From the IMG/VR virus record IMGVR_UViG_2526164632_000038: a DNA stretch of 40,504 nucleotides; one strand, 5' to 3'. The first letter of the stretch is position 1. Each line of letters opens with the position of its first letter. The translations under genes and the position numbers were made by a program. The notes beneath the pieces were generated by a model that ran no database searches, was not told the origin of the DNA, and was given only the letters and a program-made list of their open reading frames with translations. This DNA is from a virus (Duplodnaviria; Heunggongvirae; Uroviricota; Caudoviricetes). This document shows, in pieces, positions 1 to 8,768 of this stretch.

Positions 1-247
1 CGGATATAACGGTGTTTTCAGGACGTACGACTGGTTCCGTGGAAAATTGTCCGTAAAGGCAGGCATCAAGTTCCTGCTCCGACATGCCTGCGGGCAAAGG
101 CCACGAAAGGCCAGCTCTCCGAAAGCGCACGAACATATTACAAACTGTTGATTTTGGTACACCCAGGCGACGCCCGGCCACAACCCGGGGTAAATGTTCT
201 TCAAAGTGAAGACGTAAAGCTTCAGTGATCCAGGTCCGGTGTTTCAT
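1..247 (-). mobile_element. Partial IS21-family istA-like transposase N-terminus (runs off window start)
   Basis: Minus-strand ORF from ATG at 247..245 to the window edge: MKHRTWITEALRLHFEEHLPRVVAGRRLGVPKSTVCNMFVRFRRAGLSWPLPAGMSEQELDACLYG. HTH followed by an AGLSWPLP motif that I recall from IstA proteins; family assignment is from memory only. Confidence 0.4.
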
Positions 248-326
248 ACGATAGTGTCCATTAAAAATGATGGACATTATTTTTGTAGAGCCGGAGGAAA
301 CAGACCAGACGGTTTAAATGAGCCGG

Positions 327-506
327 TTACGCTTTATATGAGCCAGGAGCATCTAAACAGGAACATGCCGGGATACCGACACCCACAGCAAGATATTCAG
401 TTGATGTGGAAATATATTCCCGTGTCTCACCATCATAATTGTAAACGGTAATGTCTCCCGCCTTTGTGGTGATGAGTTCGCTATTTAATACAGCTTTATT
501 CATCAT
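327..506 (-). pseudogene. Truncated tail fibre assembly protein (N-terminal 59-aa stub)
   Basis: ATG overlaps the tail fibre stop (ATGA at 503..506). Translation [59 protein letters not shown] then stop; far shorter than typical Tfa proteins and directly abuts the IS21-like fragment. Confidence 0.45.
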
Positions 507-1366
507 GCGGCCCTTACGATATAATTAAAAGCGATGTTACGAGGACGAGTTTCTGTACCTACATTTTCACTAATTTCACCATAACGTTTAACACTACGAG
601 AGCTAATAGCTCGTAGTGAGGAAGGCACATTAAGACCGGGTTCGTCCGTTTTAACTATTCCCCCGTCACCGTATGTAGCCAGTATTCCTGGGTTTACTCC
701 TTCCCGTGCACTTCCTGCGGCGAGTCCGTCCCCTGTCCATAATTCCATATAGTGTGCATGGTCCAAAATTGTGTGTGGCTGCCAATTAAGCAAAGCGCGA
801 CCAGTATCAATCCCGCGACCGTCATCCCAGCCACGAATAAATTCACCGCGTAAATCAGGCAATTTATTGGTCGGGTAAGCCTTTGCCAGTTCCGGGTATT
901 CTTCAGCAGAAAAAGCCGCACCGTTGCATTTCAGCCAGCCTGTTGGCGGTGTGACTGAAGGCCACGGAACAGGCACACCAACAGGTAATGCAGAACCTTC
1001 TCCCAAACCAAGGTTTTCGAGAGCCGTTTGCACAGTGCCATCCGATTTGATATCGCCAAACGGATTCTTGCGGCTCAGGTATTCAACAGCAAACCCCGAT
1101 CCCAGCAATTCAACAAAACCGGGCAGATCACCATTATCAAGCACATCCCGTTGCGTTTTGTCACTTACAAACTGGGCCAGAGCTGCAGCAATAAAGCTGG
1201 CCTGTCGAATGGCTTTGTTCACCTGCGCACTGGATGCTTTCCCTGCTGTAAATCCGGATAAAAGCGCAGGCAACGCTTCCCATTCCTCCTGCGACATAAC
1301 ATTGGCATTTCGATCAGTTGCAAACGCTTTAAAGTCATTTTTCGCCATCAGAGTAATACTCCCCAT
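503..1366 (-). CDS. Phage tail fibre protein
   Basis: 287-aa ORF at the distal end of the tail/baseplate cluster, Gly/Pro-rich, tail-fibre-like C-terminus, followed by a coupled tfa-like ORF. Confidence 0.6.
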   Translation of the reverse strand: MGSITLMAKNDFKAFATDRNANVMSQEEWEALPALLSGFTAGKASSAQVNKAIRQASFIAAALAQFVSDKTQRDVLDNGDLPGFVELLGSGFAVEYLSRKNPFGDIKSDGTVQTALENLGLGEGSALPVGVPVPWPSVTPPTGWLKCNGAAFSAEEYPELAKAYPTNKLPDLRGEFIRGWDDGRGIDTGRALLNWQPHTILDHAHYMELWTGDGLAAGSAREGVNPGILATYGDGGIVKTDEPGLNVPSSLRAISSRSVKRYGEISENVGTETRPRNIAFNYIVRAA

Positions 1367-2028
1367 GCTCCTACATCAAAACCACTGATGAATTCGTTAT
1401 CCATATCAAAACCAAAAAATTTTGAGCCTTCCGATGGGGTTTCCACCGAAGGAGTTTCAATGCCCCCCGCCCATACCCCGGCGGCTTTTACTGTGAGATA
1501 CCCCTGTTTAATTGCCGCAATTAACTCACGCGATACATCTGAAATATCAGTATCAGGAAAGACCCAGACCGATATCGTCATGTCCTGGTTATCGACTATC
1601 TGCATTCGCAGCCCGGATCCTGCTGTTGCCGCGTCAAGAATTGCCGGAAGCGAATCATTCCGTCCGTCCCAGTTATTAATCGCAATCTTCGCTTTAAGGA
1701 TGACACGATAAGTTTCATCGCTGAGGTACATGTATCCGGAATCAGGATCGTATGGTCCCTGCCATACACCCTGATCATATCCAAGCCCGTCGGTATCCCA
1801 GCTGAAATAAACACCTGAGATAGGCTGGCTGACAACACGGCTACGTCCGATCCACAATCCCAGAATGTCAAGTTGCACACCAACCGCAGAGTCAATATCA
1901 AATGCAGTAATCAGCCCTCTGGTGGCCGCCGCAACATCAATAAGCGGCCGGGTCATCAGATCAACATGTGCAAGAAATTTAGGTTTGGTGGCGTGGTAGT
2001 TCGTGATTAGTTCGGTGTATTTGCTCAT
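1348..2028 (-). CDS. Baseplate/tail-fibre-associated phage protein (resembles DUF2612-type proteins)
   Basis: 226-aa ORF between the baseplate J-like gene and the tail fibre, overlapping both neighbours; family resemblance is from memory. Confidence 0.45.
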   Translation of the reverse strand: MSKYTELITNYHATKPKFLAHVDLMTRPLIDVAAATRGLITAFDIDSAVGVQLDILGLWIGRSRVVSQPISGVYFSWDTDGLGYDQGVWQGPYDPDSGYMYLSDETYRVILKAKIAINNWDGRNDSLPAILDAATAGSGLRMQIVDNQDMTISVWVFPDTDISDVSRELIAAIKQGYLTVKAAGVWAGGIETPSVETPSEGSKFFGFDMDNEFISGFDVGAWGVLL

Positions 2029-3188
2029 GACTCCACCGTTATAACGATATTTTCCGGGGTACAGGACGCAGATTCGTTGTATCTGATATCAATGTTTGAT
2101 GACGACAAAGCCCCCGGAGATTTCCCAATCGTCAGTTCCTGAATATCGTAATAGCGTGCATTCCCGCCACTCACCACGCCAAGATTCGCCGGTGAGTAAA
2201 TGCGACTTAAAAGGACCGAATCACCAATCATCAGACTATTGATATAGTCGGAAATAGCCTGCTGGATCTGCTGCCCTATCTGTGAGGTATAACCCGTAAA
2301 AACTTTTAATTTAATCCGGGCATAAACAGGCACATCACTGGAACGCGAGAATTTGATTACATGGGGATTGCCGTATTTATCCGGAACCGTAACGGATGTT
2401 GTACCGTGAGTGGCTGTCCCCTGGCCTTTATTCCCTCTGATAGCCTGAGCAATATCCATCACATCACCGCCATCCACAATTACAGCAACAGAGTGTGGCG
2501 GTAACCCGTTACCGTCCTCCGAACCAGTATCGTTTTCATAGAGTTTGTGGCGGGTTACACCGGTAACATTAGAAACAGCACCATCCAGTGCTTCAAATGG
2601 GGTTATTGATGGCAACGCAACACTTTGCGACTGGCGGATACGTAACTCCGCATCAGTTTCTGCCGGAGAGCCAACAGTAGCCGCAGCAGGATTAGTTACC
2701 GAAACCCAGCCACGGGTTGGCGTATTAATTTCAGTGATAGTTCCAGCCAGCGCCGCCACTGCACCACTGACGGAACATGTTGCGGTCGCCATCACTGTAC
2801 CATCCACGCCGACCACCACTGAAGCAGGCAAACGCCATATCACACTATTACTGTCTTTCACGCTGCCATTAATGATGGTTGTTCCGGCAGTTCCTGTAAG
2901 AAGCAAATCAACCGTAGAATTCGTCGCGCCTTTACGTGAAATACCATTTATTTTCACGTTACTGGTCAGTGCGGCCCCATAGCCGGTTGCCGGTGAAAAA
3001 CAGTTGTAGACAGTTATCGCAGTATTATTGGCATCATGAATCGCCAGCGCCATCAGAGCCACCATCTGGCCGTCTTTACTATCCGGTTCGAGGTAGGTAG
3101 ACTGGCCCCCTGAATCTCCAGACAACCAGTATCACTTAAATAAGTGATAGTCTTAATACTAGTTTTTAGACTAGTCATTGGAGAACAG

Positions 3189-3554
3189 ATGATTGATGTC
3201 TTAGGGCCGGAGAAACGCAGACGGCGTACCACACAGGAAAAGATCGCAATTGTTCAGCAGAGCTTTGAACCGGGGATGACGGTCTCTCTCGTTGCCCGGC
3301 AACATGGTGTAGCAGCCAGCCAGTTATTTCTCTGGCGTAAGCAATACCAGGAAGGAAGTCTTACCGCTGTCGCCGCCGGAGAACAGGTTGTTCCTGCCTC
3401 TGAACTTGTTGCCGCCATGAAGCAGATTAAAGAACTCCAGCGCCTGCTCGGCAAGAAAACGATGGAAAATGAACTCCTCAAAGAAGCCGTTGAATATGGA
3501 CGGGCAAAAAAGTGGATAGCGCACGCGCCCTTATTGCCCGGGGATGGGGAGTAA
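3189..3554 (+). CDS. insC: IS2 transposase OrfA
   Basis: [41 protein letters not shown]... HTH protein; A6G slippery heptamer at 3506..3512 for -1 frameshift into orfB. Confidence 0.85.
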   Translation: MIDVLGPEKRRRRTTQEKIAIVQQSFEPGMTVSLVARQHGVAASQLFLWRKQYQEGSLTAVAAGEQVVPASELVAAMKQIKELQRLLGKKTMENELLKEAVEYGRAKKWIAHAPLLPGDGE

Positions 3555-4417
3555 GCTTAGTCAGCCGTTGTCTCCGGGTGTCGCGTGCGCAGTTGCACGT
3601 CATTCTCAGACGAACCGATGACTGGATGGATAGCCGCCGCAGTCGTCACACTGATGATACGGATGTGCTTCTCCGTATACACCATGTTATCGGAGAGCTG
3701 CCCACGTATGGTTATCGTCGGGTATGGGCGCTGCTTCGCAGACAGGCAGAACTTGATGGTATGCCTGCGATCAATGCCAAACGTGTTTACCGGATCATGC
3801 GCCAGAATGCGCTGTTGCTTGAGCGAAAACCTGCTGTACCGCCATCGAAACGGGCACATACAGGCAGAGTGGCCGTGAAAGAAAGCAATCAGCGATGGTG
3901 CTCTGACGGGTTCGAGTTCTGCTGTGATAACGGAGAGAGACTGCGTGTCACGTTCGCGCTGGACTGCTGTGATCGTGAGGCACTGCACTGGGCGGTGACT
4001 ACCGGCGGCTTCAACAGTGAAACAGTACAGGACGTCATGCTGGGAGCGGTGGAACGCCGCTTCGGCAACGATCTTCCGTCGTCTCCAGTGGAGTGGCTGA
4101 CGGATAATGGTTCATGCTACCGGGCTAATGAAACACGCCAGTTCGCCCGGATGTTGGGACTTGAACCGAAGAACACGGCGGTGCGGAGTCCGGAGAGTAA
4201 CGGAATAGCAGAGAGCTTCGTGAAAACGATAAAGCGTGACTACATCAGTATCATGCCCAAACCAGACGGGTTAACGGCAGCAAAGAACCTTGCAGAGGCG
4301 TTCGAGCATTATAACGAATGGCATCCGCATAGTGCGCTGGGTTATCGCTCGCCACGGGAATATCTGCGGCAGCGGGCTTGTAATGGGTTAAGTGATAACA
4401 GATGTCTGGAAATATAG
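3512..4417 (+). CDS. insD: IS2 transposase OrfB (DDE catalytic domain)
   Basis: 301-aa ORF overlapping orfA in the -1 frame; IS3-family integrase-like core. Confidence 0.85.
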   Translation: MDSARALIARGWGVSLVSRCLRVSRAQLHVILRRTDDWMDSRRSRHTDDTDVLLRIHHVIGELPTYGYRRVWALLRRQAELDGMPAINAKRVYRIMRQNALLLERKPAVPPSKRAHTGRVAVKESNQRWCSDGFEFCCDNGERLRVTFALDCCDREALHWAVTTGGFNSETVQDVMLGAVERRFGNDLPSSPVEWLTDNGSCYRANETRQFARMLGLEPKNTAVRSPESNGIAESFVKTIKRDYISIMPKPDGLTAAKNLAEAFEHYNEWHPHSALGYRSPREYLRQRACNGLSDNRCLEI

Positions 4418-4559
4418 GGGCAAATCCAGTAGGCATCACTGCCATAAATCTGCTGAAAATAGCTAATCAGGGTGCTGAGTATCGTCTGATAATCAGGCGC
4501 ACTGATCCCCTCCGCGGTTACCTTTGCAGATAAACCGAGAGAATCAAGGTTCAGAGCCA

Positions 4560-4913
4560 TTACGCCTCCGATTTAACAGTCGTTATTCCATAGAGAGTGT
4601 CGATTTCAGCGGAAAACATGACACGTCGGGTCGTGGTATCCACCGTCGTATTGAAAGAGAGGATTGATTTAACGCCCCGCGTTTCGAGGATGCGCTTACG
4701 GATCGCCAGGTTGTAGGTTTCCGGCTTCTGCTTACCGAGCACAGACTGGATCCACGGGGTCCCTTCGGTGGTGTCGAGAAACCATTGCCCATACCACAAT
4801 TCAAATCGCGTTTTTACCGCCTGCGCCACGGCCTCCGGTGAGTTAATCAGCCAGGTGTCATCACCGCTGCCAAAGGTGTAATCGCCATCGGCGTCTTCAC
4901 GTCTGTATCGCAT
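4560..4913 (-). CDS. Small baseplate protein (gpW/gp25-like position)
   Basis: 117-aa ORF between the V-like and J-like genes; stop/start overlaps with both neighbours. Confidence 0.45.
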   Translation of the reverse strand: MRYRREDADGDYTFGSGDDTWLINSPEAVAQAVKTRFELWYGQWFLDTTEGTPWIQSVLGKQKPETYNLAIRKRILETRGVKSILSFNTTVDTTTRRVMFSAEIDTLYGITTVKSEA

Positions 4914-5665
4914 CAGTTTACCCTATCGGTATTGCTTCCACCGCGCTGAACACCGCCATGAGTGTGCGTATCATCGATTGGCTTGCCGTTAGCCTTCACG
5001 CTCCCCAAAAACTCAACAGCACCAGTGATTTTTGAAGCCACACCAGAAACCACAGACCCCACCATGCCCCCCATCCAGGTTAACAGGCCATGAATGGTTA
5101 CTTTCTCAGAAAAATCAGCCAGAGGGGCAACCACATCAAGACCACCCGGAGCGACAATTTTAATTTTCCTGGTATCAGGATTAAGCTCAAAATAGGTGCT
5201 GCCGTCATCACTACGCAACTGTGTGGCACTGGTATTAATACCGCTAATCCTCCTTGCCTGCGACTGGGGACCGACAATACAAAACGCATCCGATAAATCA
5301 TGCATTCTGTCATCGACCGTCTCCTGTATCCCGCCACTCTGCCACCAGAAATCGATGCAGCGATCGGCAAAAATCACCAGGCATTCATCGCCGGCTTTTA
5401 CCGGGAAAGTTAACGTGCAGCCGCCGCCGCGCGGAAATACCACCGGCACATCCACCAGCAGCGGGTAATTTTTGGTTACGCGGTTGCCGTCGTTGTCGGT
5501 TTCAACCGAACGAATAGCAGGCTGCACAACCGCCGTCACCGCGTCAGGATCGAATGACTGAACGATGCCAGGCAAAGCGACGCGGATCTGGTTCTTTGTG
5601 GTTTCCCGCTCGGATTTGAATGTTTCGGCAAGGTCGCCGCTACGAGTCTGGTCTGATATGGCCAT
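4913..5665 (-). CDS. Baseplate assembly/spike protein (gpV-like)
   Basis: ATG at 5665 preceded by AGGAG (caggagtttatcaaATG); 250 aa; position in baseplate cluster. Confidence 0.45.
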   Translation of the reverse strand: MAISDQTRSGDLAETFKSERETTKNQIRVALPGIVQSFDPDAVTAVVQPAIRSVETDNDGNRVTKNYPLLVDVPVVFPRGGGCTLTFPVKAGDECLVIFADRCIDFWWQSGGIQETVDDRMHDLSDAFCIVGPQSQARRISGINTSATQLRSDDGSTYFELNPDTRKIKIVAPGGLDVVAPLADFSEKVTIHGLLTWMGGMVGSVVSGVASKITGAVEFLGSVKANGKPIDDTHTHGGVQRGGSNTDRVN

Positions 5666-5682
5666 TTGATAAACTCCTGAAA

Positions 5683-5706
5683 ACAAAAAACCCGCCAAGT
5701 GGCGGG
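5683..5706 (-). terminator. Rho-independent terminator closing the AT-rich cassette
   Basis: Minus strand reads CCCGCCACTTGGCGGG followed by TTTTTTGTT. Confidence 0.55.
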
Positions 5707-5900
5707 TCTACAGGAACAACTCTAAGTTTATTTTTCTGTTTAAAATTGTCCAACTCAGGTTCTTTAACGCTTTCTGTCATGTAATCCAATCCACCAAAAG
5801 GTACTTCAAGCATTATACTGCTTTCATAATCAGCCATGGATTGCTCTGCTTGCGTTGGCTTGCTTTGCTGTGAGTTGTCATTATTTGATGTTGTCATCAA

Positions 5901-6122
5901 CTATGCCTTATTTATCAAAAGAAAAGTAACCGATAATATGAAAAAACCGAAAGATAACGCAATTCCTTCAAAAAGATAACGAGCGTAAACTGCCTTTTCT
6001 TTATGAAGACTTTCGATCAATTCAACAGCTTTACCATACTGAAACATATGGTATCTAAGCGTTTTAATTTTATCACCGTAAAATAAAAAATCATGCTCTT
6101 CTTTTCGCTTATGAATAGGCAT
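5901..6122 (-). CDS. Small membrane protein (73 aa) in AT-rich cassette
   Basis: ATG at 6122 (MPIHKRKEEHDFLFYGDK...) directly after the upstream stop; C-terminal hydrophobic helix LFEGIALSFGFFILSVTFLLI; AT-rich. Confidence 0.35.
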   Translation of the reverse strand: MPIHKRKEEHDFLFYGDKIKTLRYHMFQYGKAVELIESLHKEKAVYARYLFEGIALSFGFFILSVTFLLINKA

Positions 6123-6136
6123 TTTTGGTATATCTT

Positions 6137-6454
6137 TCAGTCCCCAAGTACGCCATAGGAAAAAAAGCACATAACAATACAAACAAAGCACAGATATGCA
6201 CAAAGTATAGATAATGTTAAAAACCAATTACTCTTTAGCCCACTTTTGAAATCAACAGTCCCAAATACAGCCAGTAGAGCAGAGGTTTCTACAGCTAAAA
6301 TAGCAAGAAGGTAGTTAACTTTGTCCTCAAGACGACGATATGTTGATTTTGCTTCCTCATATCTATCTTTATAATATGACGAAATAAAATCAGCGCCTAT
6401 AGTCTCAATTGCCTTTTGTTCTTCTGTTGTATCTATTGACGAACGCTTGCTCAT
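6137..6454 (-). CDS. Membrane protein (105 aa) in AT-rich cassette
   Basis: MSKRSSIDTTEEQKAIE... with two hydrophobic segments (LLAILAVETSALLAVFGTV; WFLTLSILCAYLCFVCIVMCFF); AT-rich. Confidence 0.45.
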   Translation of the reverse strand: MSKRSSIDTTEEQKAIETIGADFISSYYKDRYEEAKSTYRRLEDKVNYLLAILAVETSALLAVFGTVDFKSGLKSNWFLTLSILCAYLCFVCIVMCFFSYGVLGD

Positions 6455-6461
6455 TTCTCAA

Positions 6462-6809
6462 TCAACCAACAACTTTCTTACACGGGAAAGAGCCAATAAT
6501 TTTCGGAGCATCCATGCTGTTCTGCAACAACTGGACGTTCAGGAAACGCGTTTTAGTGCCAGGTCGATGGATATACTCGAACCCATAATTGTTGCCATCT
6601 TTGGCAGGCATCAGGTCCATTTTGATCTGCATGCCTGTACCGTCTTTACCCAACATTTTTACTTTTTGGGACGTTACTGTTTCGCCATTGATTTTAAATA
6701 ATGAATCAGGGATCGCATCCATACGAAAGTTGCCGCATTGCATCGTTATGGTGTTTGCACTTACACCAACAGACACTAATGCCAGCAATGAAAATATCCA
6801 TCGTTTCAT
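6462..6809 (-). CDS. Small secreted protein with N-terminal signal peptide (115 aa)
   Basis: ATG at 6809 with GAGAGGA upstream; MKRWIFSLLALVSVGVSA-NT signal-like N-terminus, no lipobox Cys. Confidence 0.5.
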   Translation of the reverse strand: MKRWIFSLLALVSVGVSANTITMQCGNFRMDAIPDSLFKINGETVTSQKVKMLGKDGTGMQIKMDLMPAKDGNNYGFEYIHRPGTKTRFLNVQLLQNSMDAPKIIGSFPCKKVVG

Positions 6810-6811
6810 TT

Positions 6812-7876
6812 CTATAATCCTCTCTGAAAAGCAGTGCTGGATGGCATATCCTGCGCACCGCGCGCTTCGCACATCATATCCATGTACCACGCCTGGCCCC
6901 TTGTATCGCCAGTGTACATAATCCCGCGCACAATATAAACGCCATCCGTTGCGATGCTGGCAGGCTGCGATGTGGTGCCGCTTAGCGTAATATTTCCGTC
7001 CGTGTTCTGGTCGGTGATCTGCCCACCAGCCATAGCGATATCGTTGTTCGACAACGCGGTGCGATATACGGAAGCCTGATCCAGTTGAATGAGCCCATTA
7101 ACCCGGATGTTCGGATTAATAAGCGCGCGAACGTTTACGCCGTTGCCGATGGTCTGCTGCGGCATGCCAATAAGCCCGGTAGCGCTGTTGAGCACAATCG
7201 CTTCGTGAACATATTCATTATTCGCCACCATCTGGCGCTGACCGTCTACGAATTGCCATGTTGCGCCACATTGCCCGGCTACGTTATCCATTAGATGCCG
7301 CGTCATGCCAAAGAGCACCCGCCCCCGGGGGAATACAGTAGCAGGCATTTCAGGCGTCAGGCCTTCGGTCGCACCTTTGGCTTCGAAGTCTTTCATCAGC
7401 GCACGGTTCACATCAGCGACCGTGTAACCGGCAGCCAGCGTCTGTGAGGTTATACTGGTGGCAAAAGCCAGATCAGTATCTGCTGCCTGAATCAGGACGT
7501 AGGAATCAACCGGACTGTCTTTTCCTGTAACCGAGTAGCGAATTTCACCGCTGAAAATCAGTCCGTAGTTGCGGCCATCACTCTGGCCCACGTCCGCCGC
7601 ATCAACCTCCCGCACGATCCCGACGTCGCTTGCCGACACCTCCGGCGCGATACCGTCGTAACCCGCAATCAGACGCACTTTCGAAAACTCCCGCCCGGTG
7701 ATTCGGTTCACAGTATCTGCCGAGAGGTTATAAATTTTGATAGTCCCTACCCGGGACGCGCTGCTGATGTTGAACCAGTCGATCGTAAAGGTCACTTTAA
7801 AATCACTTAGCTCAATTCCCTGACCGTTCCCGTCCACAAGCTGCAGCTCGAAATGTCTCATCCAGTTCTGTGACAT
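6812..7876 (-). CDS. Tail/baseplate hub-region protein
   Basis: 354-aa ORF downstream of the tape measure cluster; operon position. Confidence 0.45.
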   Translation of the reverse strand: MSQNWMRHFELQLVDGNGQGIELSDFKVTFTIDWFNISSASRVGTIKIYNLSADTVNRITGREFSKVRLIAGYDGIAPEVSASDVGIVREVDAADVGQSDGRNYGLIFSGEIRYSVTGKDSPVDSYVLIQAADTDLAFATSITSQTLAAGYTVADVNRALMKDFEAKGATEGLTPEMPATVFPRGRVLFGMTRHLMDNVAGQCGATWQFVDGQRQMVANNEYVHEAIVLNSATGLIGMPQQTIGNGVNVRALINPNIRVNGLIQLDQASVYRTALSNNDIAMAGGQITDQNTDGNITLSGTTSQPASIATDGVYIVRGIMYTGDTRGQAWYMDMMCEARGAQDMPSSTAFQRGL

Positions 7877-7878
7877 GC

Positions 7879-8181
7879 TTACTCCGTTGATACCAGTAAA
7901 TGGCTGCGACCGCCCAGGTCAGTTTTTGTGGGGTAATCCTGTGTGTTGTCATCACAGACCACCACCAGCTTAAAACCAAGCCCCATACAGGCGTACTGCG
8001 CCAGCAGGTCAGCACCAGTGACGAGAGGAATACCGGAGATTACCGGCTCCCCTCTGTCGTTCTGCAGGTCCATAATCCAGTACAGATCGCGCCATATGAT
8101 GCTAATCCGCCAGGTAACACCACCCAGGACGATGCTGAACTGCTGGTTGTCCGCTGTCAGCGGAATTTCCTGAATTGCCAT
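7879..8181 (-). CDS. Small tail protein
   Basis: 100-aa ORF tightly packed in the tail operon. Confidence 0.4.
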   Translation of the reverse strand: MAIQEIPLTADNQQFSIVLGGVTWRISIIWRDLYWIMDLQNDRGEPVISGIPLVTGADLLAQYACMGLGFKLVVVCDDNTQDYPTKTDLGGRSHLLVSTE

Positions 8182-8768
8182 TAGCCGCCCCCCAGTAATG
8201 ACGCCACGTTACCCGTGATGCTTTTCAGCAGTGAAGTATCTGGAGGCTTGGTGGTTTTGTTGCCGCTGTTCTGTACCGCCGACGTGCTGGCCCCTTCCTT
8301 CATGTTGGTTTTATCCGCGACGGAAATCTGCTGTGTCCGGGAGATAAGGACCTCCCTCAGGGTGAGGACGGCGGACAGGACGTTTTCGGTTGTCTTGTCC
8401 GTCGTCACTTCCAGCGCCCGGATCAACATGTTGCTGTACAGTCGTTTACCGGTTACCACATCGAAGGGGATACGGCTTTCCTGCAGATCCAGTAGCTCCT
8501 GATACGTCTGCTGAGGACTCAGGCCGAGCAGGCTGGTAGCCGTCAGGTTACTGGCAAAATCCAGCAATGCGCCACCACCGGCGAAACCAACCTCCATCAC
8601 CACTTCTGACGGTTTTTTATAGGCATGATCAGCGACAGCGGCCCCGACCTCTACCGGATGCTCTGTTATTTCAAGCATATCTGTATGCTTCTCTGAAATA
8701 ACAACACAGGGAACAATCATTCCTATTTTTCTGCTCTGCTGATGAAAAAGTGTAGAGAGAATATCCAC
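8181..8768 (-). CDS. Tail protein immediately downstream of the tape measure
   Basis: 195-aa ORF, start overlaps the tape measure stop. Confidence 0.4.
   Translation of the reverse strand: MDILSTLFHQQSRKIGMIVPCVVISEKHTDMLEITEHPVEVGAAVADHAYKKPSEVVMEVGFAGGGALLDFASNLTATSLLGLSPQQTYQELLDLQESRIPFDVVTGKRLYSNMLIRALEVTTDKTTENVLSAVLTLREVLISRTQQISVADKTNMKEGASTSAVQNSGNKTTKPPDTSLLKSITGNVASLLGGG

Larger units (their letters stand above)
3098..4428 (+). mobile_element. IS2 insertion sequence, complete 1331 bp
   Basis: Left end TAGACTGGCCCCCTGAATCTCCAGACAACC at 3098, right end ...GGAAATATAGGGGCAAATCCA ending 4428; identical 5-bp direct repeats GTAGG at 3093..3097 and 4429..4433. Confidence 0.9.
2025..4560 (-). 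pseudogene. Baseplate J-like protein gene interrupted by IS2
   Basis: N-terminal 44 codons at 4560..4429 (MALNLDSLGLSAKVTAEGISAPDYQTILSTLISYFQQIYGSDAY) and the remainder at 3097..2025 are in one frame once IS2 and one copy of the duplication are removed. The MSGDSGG start of the listed 366-aa ORF is IS2-derived sequence. Confidence 0.7.

Noticed and set aside
239-451. Plus-strand 70-aa ORF at the left edge
   Set aside because: It lies antisense to the tfa stub and the IS21-like transposase start, with no SD; most likely a shadow ORF.
924-1388. Plus-strand 154-aa and 77-aa ORFs inside the tail fibre gene
   Set aside because: Antisense overlaps of a well-supported minus-strand gene in a GC-rich region; typical shadow ORFs.
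5640-5900. 86-aa minus-strand ORF at the end of the AT-rich cassette
   Set aside because: It reads through the intrinsic terminator at 5683..5706 and into the V-like gene start; a short real peptide ending earlier cannot be excluded, but the listed ORF is not credible.
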